From a virus (lineage: Duplodnaviria > Caudoviricetes): a DNA stretch of 64,000 nucleotides. Shown here one piece after another: positions 1 through 9,650 of the stretch (positions are counted from its first letter, which is position 1; every line of letters begins with the position of its first letter). The stretch lies in IMG/VR virus record IMGVR_UViG_3300035491_000281; one strand, written 5' to 3'. The notes under the pieces were generated by a model, which saw only the letters and a program-made list of their open reading frames with translations, did not search any database and was not told the DNA's origin. Position numbers and translations under genes: made by a program.

Positions 1-145
1 AATCAAGCGGGATGGTCTTAAAGTCCAAGGAGGAGGGGTCGGAGCCGGTAGCTCGTCTAATGATACGAGTAAACCTACTACGGCGCCTGCAGGACGACCG
101 GCTGGGAACAGCCCCGCACCCATCAGCTTGCGACGTTAAGCATAG

Positions 146-175
146 GTCCCCGGGGTTTCCCGGGGACTCTTTTTT
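146..175 (+). terminator. Rho-independent terminator
   Basis: Stem GTCCCCGGG/CCCGGGGAC, loop GTTT, followed by a T tract. Confidence 0.8.
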
Positions 176-189
176 CTGGAGGTTCAGTT

Positions 190-2202
190 ATGGCCACCCT
201 TGATCGGGGCAGCTTGTGGTTAAGGCACGCCTTTCTGTTGCCTACCTCGGAGGATCAAACCTCGTACGGCAGCGCCAGTAAGCGCCGTTATGCCACCTCA
301 GCCGCATTTAAATTCACGAACACCTCACTCGGGGGCAACTTTGCCATCAATAACCCCCCGCAGTTCACCCCCTATGCCGACATCTACCAACCCGGGCGCG
401 GGCGCACCGAAGCGCAGCGCAGTGAAGGCATGGGCCGTTATTACAGTGAAGCGATTGATGACCCCAAACAGGTCATCCACATGTCCTTCGGGGTACCGAA
501 GTACAGCAGCTGGACGTCGTTCTTCACCAACTTCTACGACCGTAACGCTGCACTGTTAGCAAACACCGGGCGGGTCAGCGATCTGTGGTACAACCTTGGC
601 GCCGTGGGTGGGTATGTGGTTTCGCTACCCCTCCAACCGTTTATCGTCGGGCTAACCGCAACGGCGCGGGTGTATAACTTCCTGGCGCGCAACAGTCCCA
701 GTAAGTGGTATTACTTCAGTCCCACCATGCATGCCTATTGGTCGGCAGTCAACACCATTGCCAACGAGATGGCGATCGGACTGGGGATCATCCCGCGGGT
801 CATTGACGGCAGTCAGCAGAACCTGGAAGATCCAGGGCAGCGGATCACCGATGAAGATCTGGTGCGCATGCACAACATGTTCCCCGACCTGTTTCGCGAG
901 CCTAAGTTCGACTCGGCCGGGAACATGATCTCCAGCGGGGGCATCGACGTCATGGCGTTGGCAAACCGCACGCAACGAATGTCTGACCACTCGCAACAGG
1001 CCATGCGCCAGATGCGGGAGAAGGCACAGAACTTGGATGAGCTACGGGAGCGGACGGAAGCTTACCTGAAGAAGGAAGTCACCGATCCCAACCCGAACGC
1101 TGACGCTCGAAAGTATTTCCAGGATTGGATCAAGGCCCATCGTGGGGAAAACGGCGATACCTCGGACAGCAATAGTTTCGGCTCCTGGAAGGACCTCTCG
1201 ATGAAGGCGGCGTACGACTTCATGGTGGCGTCGCAACGGGACGGTTCGCAGTTTGCCACCTTCCGGGTTAATCACAACGGAACCGTGTCGGAATCGTTCA
1301 GCAACTCCACGCGCGAGTCGGAAGTGGCCAGCATGCTGAACACCAAAGTCCAACAGGGTCGCAGTGCTAGCTTCAACCTGATGGGAGGTAACGTCACCTC
1401 CGGGGTGGGGATGGCGATGGACTACGTTAAGTCGTTCATGGCTGGGGCCCTGGATTCGGTGAACTTGGGTGGTCTGGCTACCCTGACTGGTACGGCCTTT
1501 GTGGATGTCCCGAAATACTGGGATGGCTCCACCGCAAATCTACCTCGGGCCGAATACACAATTCCGCTGATCTCGCCGTACGGAAATAAGATCTCGCGCT
1601 TCATTAACCTGTTCATTCCGATTGCCATGTTGCTGGCCGGTGCGCTCCCCCGCTCGGCTGGCCGTAGCGCATATACCAGCCCCTTCATCTGTCAGATCTA
1701 CCATCAAGGACGGGTGCAGTGTCAGCTGGGGATTGTCGACTCCCTGTCCATCAGTCGCGGTACGGGGAACGTAGGTTGGAACGCCGACGGCGATATGCTG
1801 GGTGCAGAGATCACCATCTCAGTGGTGGATCTGTCGAGTATCCTGCATATTCCAGTCAAGGCGGGATTTGCCAGCGGTGATATCGTCTCCACAGGCGCGC
1901 GTGCCGGAGCCATGTTCTTAGGTGAGCTGGCTGGAGACGATGCCGGTATCGCCATTGCCGATGCGGCGACCGGCGGGGCAACCTGGGACGAGCAGAGCTT
2001 GTTCTCGGATTACATGGCGGTGTTGACCTCCATGCCGTTGTCAGATTCCTATTACCTACTCAACCGTCTGAATGTCAACATGACCCGGGCGACCCAAAGC
2101 TTCAAGAACTGGAAGAGCCCCTCGAACTTCATGTCGTGGGCGCTGGACAGCGGGCCGGCACGGGCCATCTCGGCCTTTGCCCAAACCACTAACCGCTTCT
2201 AA
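190..2202 (+). CDS. Putative virion structural protein (phiKZ-like tail/baseplate-associated), 670 aa
   Basis: Long ORF resembling, from memory, conserved phiKZ-family structural proteins; exact role not assignable. Confidence 0.55.
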   Translation: MATLDRGSLWLRHAFLLPTSEDQTSYGSASKRRYATSAAFKFTNTSLGGNFAINNPPQFTPYADIYQPGRGRTEAQRSEGMGRYYSEAIDDPKQVIHMSFGVPKYSSWTSFFTNFYDRNAALLANTGRVSDLWYNLGAVGGYVVSLPLQPFIVGLTATARVYNFLARNSPSKWYYFSPTMHAYWSAVNTIANEMAIGLGIIPRVIDGSQQNLEDPGQRITDEDLVRMHNMFPDLFREPKFDSAGNMISSGGIDVMALANRTQRMSDHSQQAMRQMREKAQNLDELRERTEAYLKKEVTDPNPNADARKYFQDWIKAHRGENGDTSDSNSFGSWKDLSMKAAYDFMVASQRDGSQFATFRVNHNGTVSESFSNSTRESEVASMLNTKVQQGRSASFNLMGGNVTSGVGMAMDYVKSFMAGALDSVNLGGLATLTGTAFVDVPKYWDGSTANLPRAEYTIPLISPYGNKISRFINLFIPIAMLLAGALPRSAGRSAYTSPFICQIYHQGRVQCQLGIVDSLSISRGTGNVGWNADGDMLGAEITISVVDLSSILHIPVKAGFASGDIVSTGARAGAMFLGELAGDDAGIAIADAATGGATWDEQSLFSDYMAVLTSMPLSDSYYLLNRLNVNMTRATQSFKNWKSPSNFMSWALDSGPARAISAFAQTTNRF

Positions 2203-2227
2203 CTAAACTAACTGCAAGAGGGATATC

Positions 2228-2485
2228 ATGAAACAGTGGTTCGTCAAACAAGTCCTGAAATTGGCATTGGTGTTGCTTCTGCGCGGTATCAGCACGCACC
2301 GCCTCCTGGCACTGGTGGAGGACGCTGAACGTAGTCACCAACACCCGTTCAGTCGCCGTGGTGCGGTTTACCGCGCCCTCAAGGAAATCGACCGCGATGG
2401 TCGCAGCACCGCCGAGCTCAACCTGCTGGTCGAGATGGGTGTGCACCTGGCACGACTGGAAGGCCTGCAGAAAACTACTCCTTGA
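2228..2485 (+). CDS. Hypothetical protein, hydrophobic N-terminus
   Basis: RBS GAGGG before ATG; colinear with neighbours. Confidence 0.6.
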   Translation: MKQWFVKQVLKLALVLLLRGISTHRLLALVEDAERSHQHPFSRRGAVYRALKEIDRDGRSTAELNLLVEMGVHLARLEGLQKTTP

Positions 2486-2526
2486 CGCGATGGTGTGTTA
2501 ACACACCGCACAATAAGGAGTAACCG

Positions 2527-2919
2527 ATGCGTCAACTCACCGGCCACGTGATCAATCCCGCCAACGACAAACTCAGCGTCACGGTACTGGACGAACCCGC
2601 TCACGGTGGGGCGTGCCACACCTACCGCATTGCGGGCTTCGACTCCACCACCAACCCCGCCGCAGTGGATACAGCCAACGTGCAGGAACTGGTGTTGATG
2701 TTCCAGAACGGTCCGATCAACGAAGCGGGAGTCAATGGCATCACCCATGAAGCCCTGCTGGAGATCCTGATCGATCGCCTGCGTGGGTTCCAGTCAGGCC
2801 CCTACGCCTGCCGGGAAAATGCCGTGGCGTTGACCAAGCTTGAGGAGGCCGCCATGTGGTTGGGGAAGCGCACCCGGGAGCGGATGGCACGTGGCGTAGA
2901 GGGGACGCATAAGTTCTAA
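2527..2919 (+). CDS. tad1: Tad1-family immune-signal sponge (anti-Thoeris/anti-CBASS)
   Basis: GGACHTY, FQNGP, LLEILIDRLRGFQSGPYACRENAVALTKLEEAAMWLGKRTRERMARGVEGT match the recalled Tad1 consensus; RBS TAAGGAG. Confidence 0.85.
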   Translation: MRQLTGHVINPANDKLSVTVLDEPAHGGACHTYRIAGFDSTTNPAAVDTANVQELVLMFQNGPINEAGVNGITHEALLEILIDRLRGFQSGPYACRENAVALTKLEEAAMWLGKRTRERMARGVEGTHKF

Positions 2920-2923
2920 GCCT

Positions 2924-2953
2924 AAGCCCACCCTCCGGGGTGGGTTTATGCCG
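2924..2953 (+). terminator. GC hairpin with TATGCCG tail
   Basis: AGCCCACCC-TCCG-GGGTGGGTT then TATGCCG, just after the tad1 stop. Confidence 0.7.
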
Positions 2954-2980
2954 GCTGGTTGATTCAAACAAATTACAAGT

Positions 2981-2989
2981 ATATATCAC
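2981..2989 (+). promoter_or_regulatory. Putative phage early promoter core (ATATATCAC)
   Basis: Resembles phiKZ early consensus TATATTAC; intergenic, after a terminator, before a + operon. Confidence 0.55.
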
Positions 2990-3055
2990 TGAGTTGAACG
3001 TAGCCGTCGTAAGCTACGCCCTACCCCCCCCCCTTGACTTTGTGAGAAAAGCCTT

Positions 3056-3613
3056 ATGTCCCCGATTCTTCGCGCCTATGGTTTCGTCCCGGTATTCCAA
3101 CTGGCATATAACACCAATGAGGGTACCTGTCTCGGCCAGCACGAGACACTCGACGATGTGATCAAAGTGGCGCGGGCTCGTATCGAGCTGAACCAGTCGT
3201 TGCGCTATACCAAAATGGGTTTCACCCTGGTCAGCAACGGCAAGGTAACGCATAACGGGATCTTCACCGGGAGCGAGAACACCCACGTGATCGCCCTGGC
3301 CTGCGATGGTCGCGACTTTGACACCGCCGTACCGCGGGTGGTGTTCGATGCCGATCTGGAAGCCTGGTATGACGAACACTTCAGTACCGACGGCGTGGAC
3401 TTCAAAGAGTTCTACCTCGATGTCCTCTGCAGTGGGATGGCGGTGTCGTCACTGGTACAATTCATCGATAGCCCGATGCCGAGCGCGAACATGCCGGCAG
3501 TAGCTGCCATGCAACTGCGTGTACAGCCGGGTATCGATGTTACTGCGGCGATGATTGCCCGCGAGATGGAAGATCCGGATAACCCCCGCGTCCCGCGTCG
3601 GCTGTACTGCTAA
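3056..3613 (+). CDS. Hypothetical protein
   Basis: 185-aa ORF colinear with operon. Confidence 0.65.
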   Translation: MSPILRAYGFVPVFQLAYNTNEGTCLGQHETLDDVIKVARARIELNQSLRYTKMGFTLVSNGKVTHNGIFTGSENTHVIALACDGRDFDTAVPRVVFDADLEAWYDEHFSTDGVDFKEFYLDVLCSGMAVSSLVQFIDSPMPSANMPAVAAMQLRVQPGIDVTAAMIAREMEDPDNPRVPRRLYC

Positions 3614-3727
3614 CCAATTCCTGGCGCTTGAGAATCTACTCAAGCGCTGGTGGTATGAGGTGGGGCACCTGCCTATAAACGGTGCCGACCCAACTTTTTC
3701 ATGACACTGAGAGAAGAGAGCACACCC

Positions 3728-4141
3728 ATGAGCGACCTCAAGAGCCAAAAGATCGCCGAGAAGTTCGATATCAAGAACAAGCTGAGCATCGACGAGAAGA
3801 CCAACGCTATCGTCCCGTCGGACGACTTCTATGCCAGTACGCTGGAAGACGTCGGCCTGACGCTTGACCAGGTGAAGAAACTGCAGAAGCATGACGCCAG
3901 TCTGCTGGCGGCCACCACTCTGGTAGCTGGCGAGATGGTCGCCGAGCGTTTCAAGGCCGATCCCGAACTGAAGGAAGTCTCGTTCGAATACGGTGCCGGT
4001 CACAACTCCTACCACGGCTTCTTCCAGCGCGAAGGCACCACCCAGGTGCGCAACGTGGTGGAAGTCCACGGCATGGACAAGGGCGAGCTGGGCAAGGTAC
4101 ACAAGCTCGTTAAGGGCCTGTTCGAACAGATCAACTCCTGA
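3728..4141 (+). CDS. Hypothetical protein with C-terminal QINS motif
   Basis: RBS GAGAG before ATG 3728; ends KGLFEQINS*. Confidence 0.75.
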   Translation: MSDLKSQKIAEKFDIKNKLSIDEKTNAIVPSDDFYASTLEDVGLTLDQVKKLQKHDASLLAATTLVAGEMVAERFKADPELKEVSFEYGAGHNSYHGFFQREGTTQVRNVVEVHGMDKGELGKVHKLVKGLFEQINS

Positions 4142-4148
4142 TCCGCAC

Positions 4149-4193
4149 AGAGGACCCTCCGGGGTCCTCTACCCCTCAGAATCTTTCTTTTTT
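4149..4193 (+). terminator. Rho-independent terminator
   Basis: AGAGGACCC-TCCG-GGGTCCTCT with downstream T-rich tract. Confidence 0.65.
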
Positions 4194-4210
4194 CTCTCAG
4201 GGTGTCATCG

Positions 4211-4651
4211 ATGGATAACCTACAACTCGATATTACCTCCCAAGGGCGCACCGCTCTGGAGCGGGCGATTCAACTGATCTGGGACAACTGCCCGGGTGGC
4301 TTTGCCACCCACTGCGATATCGTCAAGCTCACGCACGAAGTTCACTACTACGGCGAGCCTACCAGTGGGCACTACACCACCACCAAAGTCACCACCGACG
4401 GTATCCCCACCATGATCCTGTATTGGCATGAAGCCAGTAAAGGGAAGGAGTTGCCGTATCCGTTTGATCGAGACCACAGTATCGACTTCATCTGGAACTG
4501 GTTGCAGGGCACGGAGTTTCCACCGGAGCCCGATATCGACGGCAGTTGCAGTAAGGGCTGGCGGGTGTTCAACGAAGCCTGGGGTCATGTTGCCGGAAAC
4601 CATTACGCCATTGTGGCGATTCAGCCCGAATGGGCCATGCACGGGAAATAG
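4211..4651 (+). CDS. Conserved phage hypothetical protein
   Basis: Trp-rich C-terminus (PEPDIDGSCSKGWRVFNEAWGH) of a family seen in other phages. Confidence 0.65.
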   Translation: MDNLQLDITSQGRTALERAIQLIWDNCPGGFATHCDIVKLTHEVHYYGEPTSGHYTTTKVTTDGIPTMILYWHEASKGKELPYPFDRDHSIDFIWNWLQGTEFPPEPDIDGSCSKGWRVFNEAWGHVAGNHYAIVAIQPEWAMHGK

Positions 4652-4656
4652 CACAG

Positions 4657-5304
4657 ATGTCCACTGACGTACGCGGTAAGTTTATTGTATTCGAAGGCGT
4701 TGACGGCGCCGGTAAAACCACCCAACGTCGCTTGGTGGCGGAGCGGTTGCGCGCTGATGGCAAGGAGGTGGTGGAAACCCGTGAACCGGGCGGGACACCG
4801 TTTGCTGAGGAGATCCGCACCCTCGCCCTGGCGGGTCGGGACGAGCCGATCAGTCCCACCACCGAACTGTTGTTGATGTTTGCGGCACGTGGGCAACATA
4901 TGCGGCAAGTGATCCGGCCGGCGCTGGAAGCAGGCAAGTGGGTGCTGTGTGATCGGTTCATCGAGTCGTCCTACGCCTATCAGGTTCGTGGCAAGGGTGC
5001 CGAGGAGGCGTTGTTCTACGATCTGGTGGTGCATGTGGTCGGGGCGACCATTCCCGATTTGACTCTGTTCCTGGATCTGCCGGACGAGATCGCCAACGAA
5101 CGGCGACTGGCGCGGACCGAACAGTTCGACCGTATGGACGCTGAAACAGCCGCCTTCCACGCCACGGTTCGACAAACCCTGCGGGAACTATCCACCATGC
5201 CGCGACATCGGGTGATCAATGGCAACCAACCCATTGACGCGGTGACGGCTGATATTCTTACTGCCCTGAACGAATGGGAGGCACCATGGATCTTAGAGAA
5301 GTAG
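4657..5304 (+). CDS. tmk: Thymidylate kinase
   Basis: FIVFEGVDGAGKTT P-loop, TREPGGT, ELLLMFAAR, VLCDRF, LFLDL. Confidence 0.97.
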   Translation: MSTDVRGKFIVFEGVDGAGKTTQRRLVAERLRADGKEVVETREPGGTPFAEEIRTLALAGRDEPISPTTELLLMFAARGQHMRQVIRPALEAGKWVLCDRFIESSYAYQVRGKGAEEALFYDLVVHVVGATIPDLTLFLDLPDEIANERRLARTEQFDRMDAETAAFHATVRQTLRELSTMPRHRVINGNQPIDAVTADILTALNEWEAPWILEK

Positions 5305-6056
5305 CTGTCGACGCCCTGAGTGGTGGGGCACTGGCTTACGCCGTGGCGGAGGCCTTGGATTGGAAAGACCCTAGTGGGTTGCTGTTAGAATTGGTACCCG
5401 CCGACGGCTGCCTGCAAAAACACCCGACGGTCATAGGTCACCGCCCGTTGGACGATGGCGGTTTCGAGACTCACGACTTTCTCCCGCACCGACAGTGGTC
5501 AATCGCCGGTTTCTACCAGGACCATTTTAACCTCGACGTTGGTGCCGAGTCGGAAACGACCTTTCATGCTACCTGGTACCGCGACGATTGTGCTCAGATA
5601 TGGACGGCAGTTGCTAACAGTCGCACAGAGGCCATCGCCCGGGTCGTGGTCAAAATACACCGCGGTGAGCGGGTATCGGTACCGGTGGCCATGCTGCCCG
5701 AGCCGTTGGACATCACGATCACGGAGACACCGCGGAGCGGCTGTCCAAGGTGTGGGATTTCGGGCATCCATGCCTGCCCCGGGCGGGTACTCCCGCCACC
5801 GACGCCGGAAGAAGAAGAACGGTTGACCCGTCTGCTGCAGGACACGCTCCGTAAACCCGACCTGGTGGTTTCGGAGGAAACCTACGCGGAGTTCGAAACC
5901 TTCCTGGCACAGGAGCTTCTCAAGTACGGCATGAACTACTCTCCGGAGATCCTGAAGTTAACGCGCGGCCTGACCGGCGACTACCGGGAGAATAAGCTAC
6001 TCCACCAATACTGGACTGGCTGGAACCTAGCAAGAGAGTACTCAGTCAAGCCATGA
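5286..6056 (+). CDS. Hypothetical protein with CxxC-CxG motif
   Basis: Overlaps tmk end; CPRCGISGIHACPG. Confidence 0.65.
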   Translation: MDLREVAVDALSGGALAYAVAEALDWKDPSGLLLELVPADGCLQKHPTVIGHRPLDDGGFETHDFLPHRQWSIAGFYQDHFNLDVGAESETTFHATWYRDDCAQIWTAVANSRTEAIARVVVKIHRGERVSVPVAMLPEPLDITITETPRSGCPRCGISGIHACPGRVLPPPTPEEEERLTRLLQDTLRKPDLVVSEETYAEFETFLAQELLKYGMNYSPEILKLTRGLTGDYRENKLLHQYWTGWNLAREYSVKP

Positions 6057-6313
6057 TATGCGGCGGGTGCAATGCCCTTCTTTATCGTGAACTTAAGCAC
6101 AGGTTTGCTATGCAGAACAATACCCTGGAATCGAACATTGGACGGCGCTTCAGCAAGGAGCGCCACGGGCAGAAAACGACGGTGGAGTTGGTGGACGTTC
6201 GTAAACGCAACGTGTTGTTGCGGGTGCCAGGTCGGGTGGACACCTTTGAGGTGACGCTCGCTGAGTTCAACAAGTTCTACCGGCTGGAGCCGAATCAATC
6301 CGCCGCAGCTTAA
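6053..6313 (+). CDS. Small hypothetical protein (true start may be 6110)
   Basis: ATGA overlap; followed by terminator hairpin. Confidence 0.55.
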   Translation: MICGGCNALLYRELKHRFAMQNNTLESNIGRRFSKERHGQKTTVELVDVRKRNVLLRVPGRVDTFEVTLAEFNKFYRLEPNQSAAA

Positions 6314-6322
6314 CCCTATAGT

Positions 6323-6351
6323 CGCCTCCCACCGCGGGAGGCGCTATGCCG
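6323..6351 (+). terminator. GC hairpin with TATGCCG tail
   Basis: CGCCTCCC/GGGAGGCG stem followed by CTATGCCG. Confidence 0.65.
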
Positions 6352-6377
6352 TGGGACGACTCGATCAAAACAGAAAC

Positions 6378-6386
6378 CTATATCAC
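6378..6386 (+). promoter_or_regulatory. Putative phage early promoter core (CTATATCAC)
   Basis: Exact copy also at 51762-51770; intergenic. Confidence 0.6.
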
Positions 6387-6432
6387 CTCTGTGGTTCTGA
6401 TGTAACAATTCTAATATCTTGGAGTTTCGTTC

Positions 6433-6996
6433 ATGTCCACTGAAGTTGATTTCAGTCAAGGATCGTCTCGTCTCCACAGTGCCTTGACTCATTTTTGCAC
6501 CGCAATGAACACACGGGTGGGGAACCCCCATCTGAAAACCGCCACCTTTGCTGAAATCGACACGGACCTGTCGCTCGACGCTAAGTCGTTAATCATGGGC
6601 TTTAGTCGTACCGGCCATTGGATCGGTCGGGCCCGCGATATGCGGTTTTACCAAAAACCCTGTGCCATCCATCATTGTCACTACCACAAAAGCCTCAACC
6701 CATCGCATCTGGCGCTTGTGGTCGATGTGCTAGTGCAATTGTTCATGGCGATCTACTGTCCCGAGATCGAGCAGTTCCCCCTGACTCGGGTCGAAATCGA
6801 ACCGCACGATCAGACACGCAAAACCCAGCTCACGGTTGACAGTGTGGGCTTGCATTCCGCACTCACCGAACTGTTTGCCCGGTTATACCGTGATGAGCTC
6901 ACCGTGGTGTCGCTTCATTTCGATGCTGGCGGCAACATCCGGGCAATCGGTCATAAGTTCGTCAACCCAATCACGCAACCCACCCCCACACTTTAA
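6433..6996 (+). CDS. Hypothetical protein
   Basis: RBS GGAG; first gene after promoter. Confidence 0.65.
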   Translation: MSTEVDFSQGSSRLHSALTHFCTAMNTRVGNPHLKTATFAEIDTDLSLDAKSLIMGFSRTGHWIGRARDMRFYQKPCAIHHCHYHKSLNPSHLALVVDVLVQLFMAIYCPEIEQFPLTRVEIEPHDQTRKTQLTVDSVGLHSALTELFARLYRDELTVVSLHFDAGGNIRAIGHKFVNPITQPTPTL

Positions 6997-7011
6997 CTTG
7001 AGGATACTCTC

Positions 7012-7701
7012 ATGCGCACTAACAAACACATCGCCGGTCTGGTATTCGGTCTGCTGCTGTCGCCCTTAGTCCAAGCCGGGGTGGCCTACGTTGAACCGCC
7101 GGTCTTTATGTCCCCGCAGTTGCCGGCCCAAGGTCAGTGTCTACCCTTTACCCACACCGACGTCACCTGTGATATCCCCGGCGTACCCTACCACGCTCGG
7201 GTGATACTGCAGGACCAACAGAGCGGCTATACCGAAGTCCAGGACGAGAAGACGGTGGTGCAATTCAACTGCCGTGACAGTATCTGTGTGGACGAATACG
7301 GCGGGCTGGTGGGCCAGGCTACCGGTGTTAAGCCCGGTGGTATTGTTCGCGGTTCGGTAACCCGCGGTTACTACGTGATGGTCGACGGCAGCGGGCGTTT
7401 GCCCAAAGGGGTCACCCATAAGCGCGGCACCGGGCCCTTGGCCACACAGTACCCCCCGTATCTGGTGGTCAACAACCCCCAAGCAAACGCAGTGCCAGTC
7501 TATGACTTGTACTGTGACCCCAACGACGACTGGTGCTACCTGACCCAGGACGGGCGCGATTACAAGCTCAGCCGGGAGGAACTGCCCCGCTATGTCAAGA
7601 TGGCCCCCAACACCGAGCGCTGCTGGCAGGAAGTCTGCGTCGATCAAAACCAGCAGATCATCGGCTTGAACCCCACCTACCACCTGTGGGCTGGAAAATA
7701 G
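7012..7701 (+). CDS. Secreted/periplasmic Cys-rich protein
   Basis: Signal peptide MRTNKHIAGLVFGLLLSPLVQA (VQA cleavage); RBS GAGGA. Confidence 0.7.
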   Translation: MRTNKHIAGLVFGLLLSPLVQAGVAYVEPPVFMSPQLPAQGQCLPFTHTDVTCDIPGVPYHARVILQDQQSGYTEVQDEKTVVQFNCRDSICVDEYGGLVGQATGVKPGGIVRGSVTRGYYVMVDGSGRLPKGVTHKRGTGPLATQYPPYLVVNNPQANAVPVYDLYCDPNDDWCYLTQDGRDYKLSREELPRYVKMAPNTERCWQEVCVDQNQQIIGLNPTYHLWAGK

Positions 7702-7718
7702 CAACTAAGGAGTGTGTT

Positions 7719-8309
7719 ATGTCTCACGTCTACACCGGAGTTGGCAGTCGGGAAACCCCGCCTGCCGTGATGACCCTGATGCGCCGCTTGGCTAATCACC
7801 TGCGCGAGCAGGGCTGGGTACTCCGCTCCGGTGGGGCGGAGGGAGCGGACGAAGCCTTCGAGCAAGGGGTCATGGACGACCCCGAGTACACCGAGAACGA
7901 TCTGGAGATCTACCTCCCCTGGCCGGGGTTTTGTGGACACCAGCCGTCGGTGTGTAACATCGTCGCGCCGCGCCTCCAGAACTGGTCACAAGCCGTAGCC
8001 AGGGCGAGTCTGATCCACCCAATCTGGAACGAGCTCAAGCGCAGCCATCAGTTGTTACATGGTCGCAACATCTATCAGGTCTATGGCTTGGATCTGGAAT
8101 CCCCGGCGGCGTATATCGTCTACTATGCTCGGGAGCGGGCTGACGGGGAGGTTGACGGGGGGACTCGGACGGCCGTGATGGCCGCACGACAAGCCGGGGT
8201 ACGGGAGTTGAATCTGTACCGCCCGGCAGTGCTGACCAAACTGACGGAACTACTCGATGCTGAGGAACCGGAGGTACTGGCCATGTGCTACGAAGCGCTG
8301 TTGGATTAA
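7719..8309 (+). CDS. DprA/Smf-like (SLOG superfamily) Rossmann-fold protein
   Basis: YTGVGSRETP, LRSGGAEGADEAFEQG, GGTRTAV motifs; RBS TAAGGAG. Confidence 0.75.
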   Translation: MSHVYTGVGSRETPPAVMTLMRRLANHLREQGWVLRSGGAEGADEAFEQGVMDDPEYTENDLEIYLPWPGFCGHQPSVCNIVAPRLQNWSQAVARASLIHPIWNELKRSHQLLHGRNIYQVYGLDLESPAAYIVYYARERADGEVDGGTRTAVMAARQAGVRELNLYRPAVLTKLTELLDAEEPEVLAMCYEALLD

Positions 8310-8335
8310 ACTACCGGTTTGTACCTATTGTATGC

Positions 8336-8542
8336 GAGACCTAGTCTTGAGTTCTTTCACAATTTAGCAACACCCCAAAGCGGGATAACCGCTCATTCCG
8401 GCCCCATGATCGGGCGCCACACGTACAGTCAGAAGACGCGCTGAATCCGAGCAGCCGATCGCCGCCAATGGATTCAGGCTCTTACTGGGTACCTCTGGTA
8501 ACACAGAAGCATCACCCTCCCTTTCGGGGAGGGCTTATGCTG
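8336..8542 (+). ncRNA. Candidate structured RNA A, ending in a terminator hairpin
   Basis: No long ORF; stems AGCGG/CCGCT, GCCC/GGGC, CTGAATCC/GGATTCAG, TTACTGG/CTGGTAA; possible GATCGG/CCGATC pseudoknot. Confidence 0.4.
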
Positions 8543-8562
8543 TTACTCTCTTTTTTCACTCG

Positions 8563-8952
8563 ATGGAAGCAGGCATGATGACCACTAAAGAGCAAGTCGA
8601 AAAAGACAACGAGTTGAACCTGGACGCCGCCGCAGCTGAGGCTATTCAGGAACATCTGCAGGAACTGCCCGCGGAGCCGCCGGCTGTCAACGCCACCTTC
8701 GTGGAGAAGGTGTTGCAGGTGCGAGAGCGGGTGGTGGAGGGGCTAGGCGGCGAAGCTGGTCCCGATGGGTTGCTCACCAAAGACACCGCCGAGCAAGCTA
8801 TCGATTCGGCCATCGGTGGGGTCTTAGGGATCGTCGAGAATGGCCCCTATACGCTGGTTGGGACCTTCATAGAGGAGGACGGGGATACCCCGGTCGATGT
8901 GGACATCACCGAAGGGTTGATGCGCGAGTTCTACTCCAAGATCAATAGCTGA
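8563..8952 (+). CDS. INS-family paralog 1 (acidic)
   Basis: AIGGVLGIVENG helix; ends GLMREFYSKINS*. Confidence 0.75.
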   Translation: MEAGMMTTKEQVEKDNELNLDAAAAEAIQEHLQELPAEPPAVNATFVEKVLQVRERVVEGLGGEAGPDGLLTKDTAEQAIDSAIGGVLGIVENGPYTLVGTFIEEDGDTPVDVDITEGLMREFYSKINS

Positions 8953-8963
8953 GGATAACGCTA

Positions 8964-9257
8964 ATGACAACTGAAGAACAAATGGTCCAGATGCGGACTA
9001 ATACTTTCGATAGATGCCGTAAAACCACGGTAGTAGACGTATACACGTTAGTCAGTGAAGCATTGGCCGAGCTCGATTCTGAACGCAGCTACAGCAAAGA
9101 AGAACTGGAGGGCGTCGCACACACGGCGGTCGGGGCGGTGCTGGATTATTTCGATAGCGGAGATAACGCCAGTAAGCTTGCGCTGACGACCCTGGACTGG
9201 CCGGACTACAAACCCACCCCCTTAATTGAATTGTACTACAGCCAAATCAACAGTTGA
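8964..9257 (+). CDS. INS-family paralog 2
   Basis: AVGAVLDYFD helix; ends PLIELYYSQINS*; RBS GAGGA. Confidence 0.75.
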   Translation: MTTEEQMVQMRTNTFDRCRKTTVVDVYTLVSEALAELDSERSYSKEELEGVAHTAVGAVLDYFDSGDNASKLALTTLDWPDYKPTPLIELYYSQINS

Positions 9258-9264
9258 GGCGAGC

Positions 9265-9582
9265 ATGGCTAAGAAAGTGCAGCCCAAAGCTAAAATCGAC
9301 CCGCTGTTGTTGAATGCGATTAAAGAGCGCTACGACCACGCGCGACTGAACGTCGTGGTGTCCCTGGTAGAACTACGCAATGCCGAGCTGGAGGGCATCG
9401 ATCCTTCCGCAACGTACCGTGGTCATGACCTGATCGACCGAGTCGACCGCACAGTGGGATCGATGCTGCAATACATCGACCAGAATAACCACACCGGAGT
9501 AATGAACTACGTGGTGAATACCGATATCCTCGGCGACCCGATCCCGTTGGTCATGCATTACTTCAATCAAATCAACAGCTAA
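9265..9582 (+). CDS. INS-family paralog 3
   Basis: TVGSMLQYID helix; ends PLVMHYFNQINS*; RBS GAGG. Confidence 0.75.
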   Translation: MAKKVQPKAKIDPLLLNAIKERYDHARLNVVVSLVELRNAELEGIDPSATYRGHDLIDRVDRTVGSMLQYIDQNNHTGVMNYVVNTDILGDPIPLVMHYFNQINS

Positions 9583-9650
9583 AAAAATACTGGCGGATTG
9601 ATACCATGCAAGAGATCTGCCAAAACTATAACCTGCAGTAAGGAATCCCG

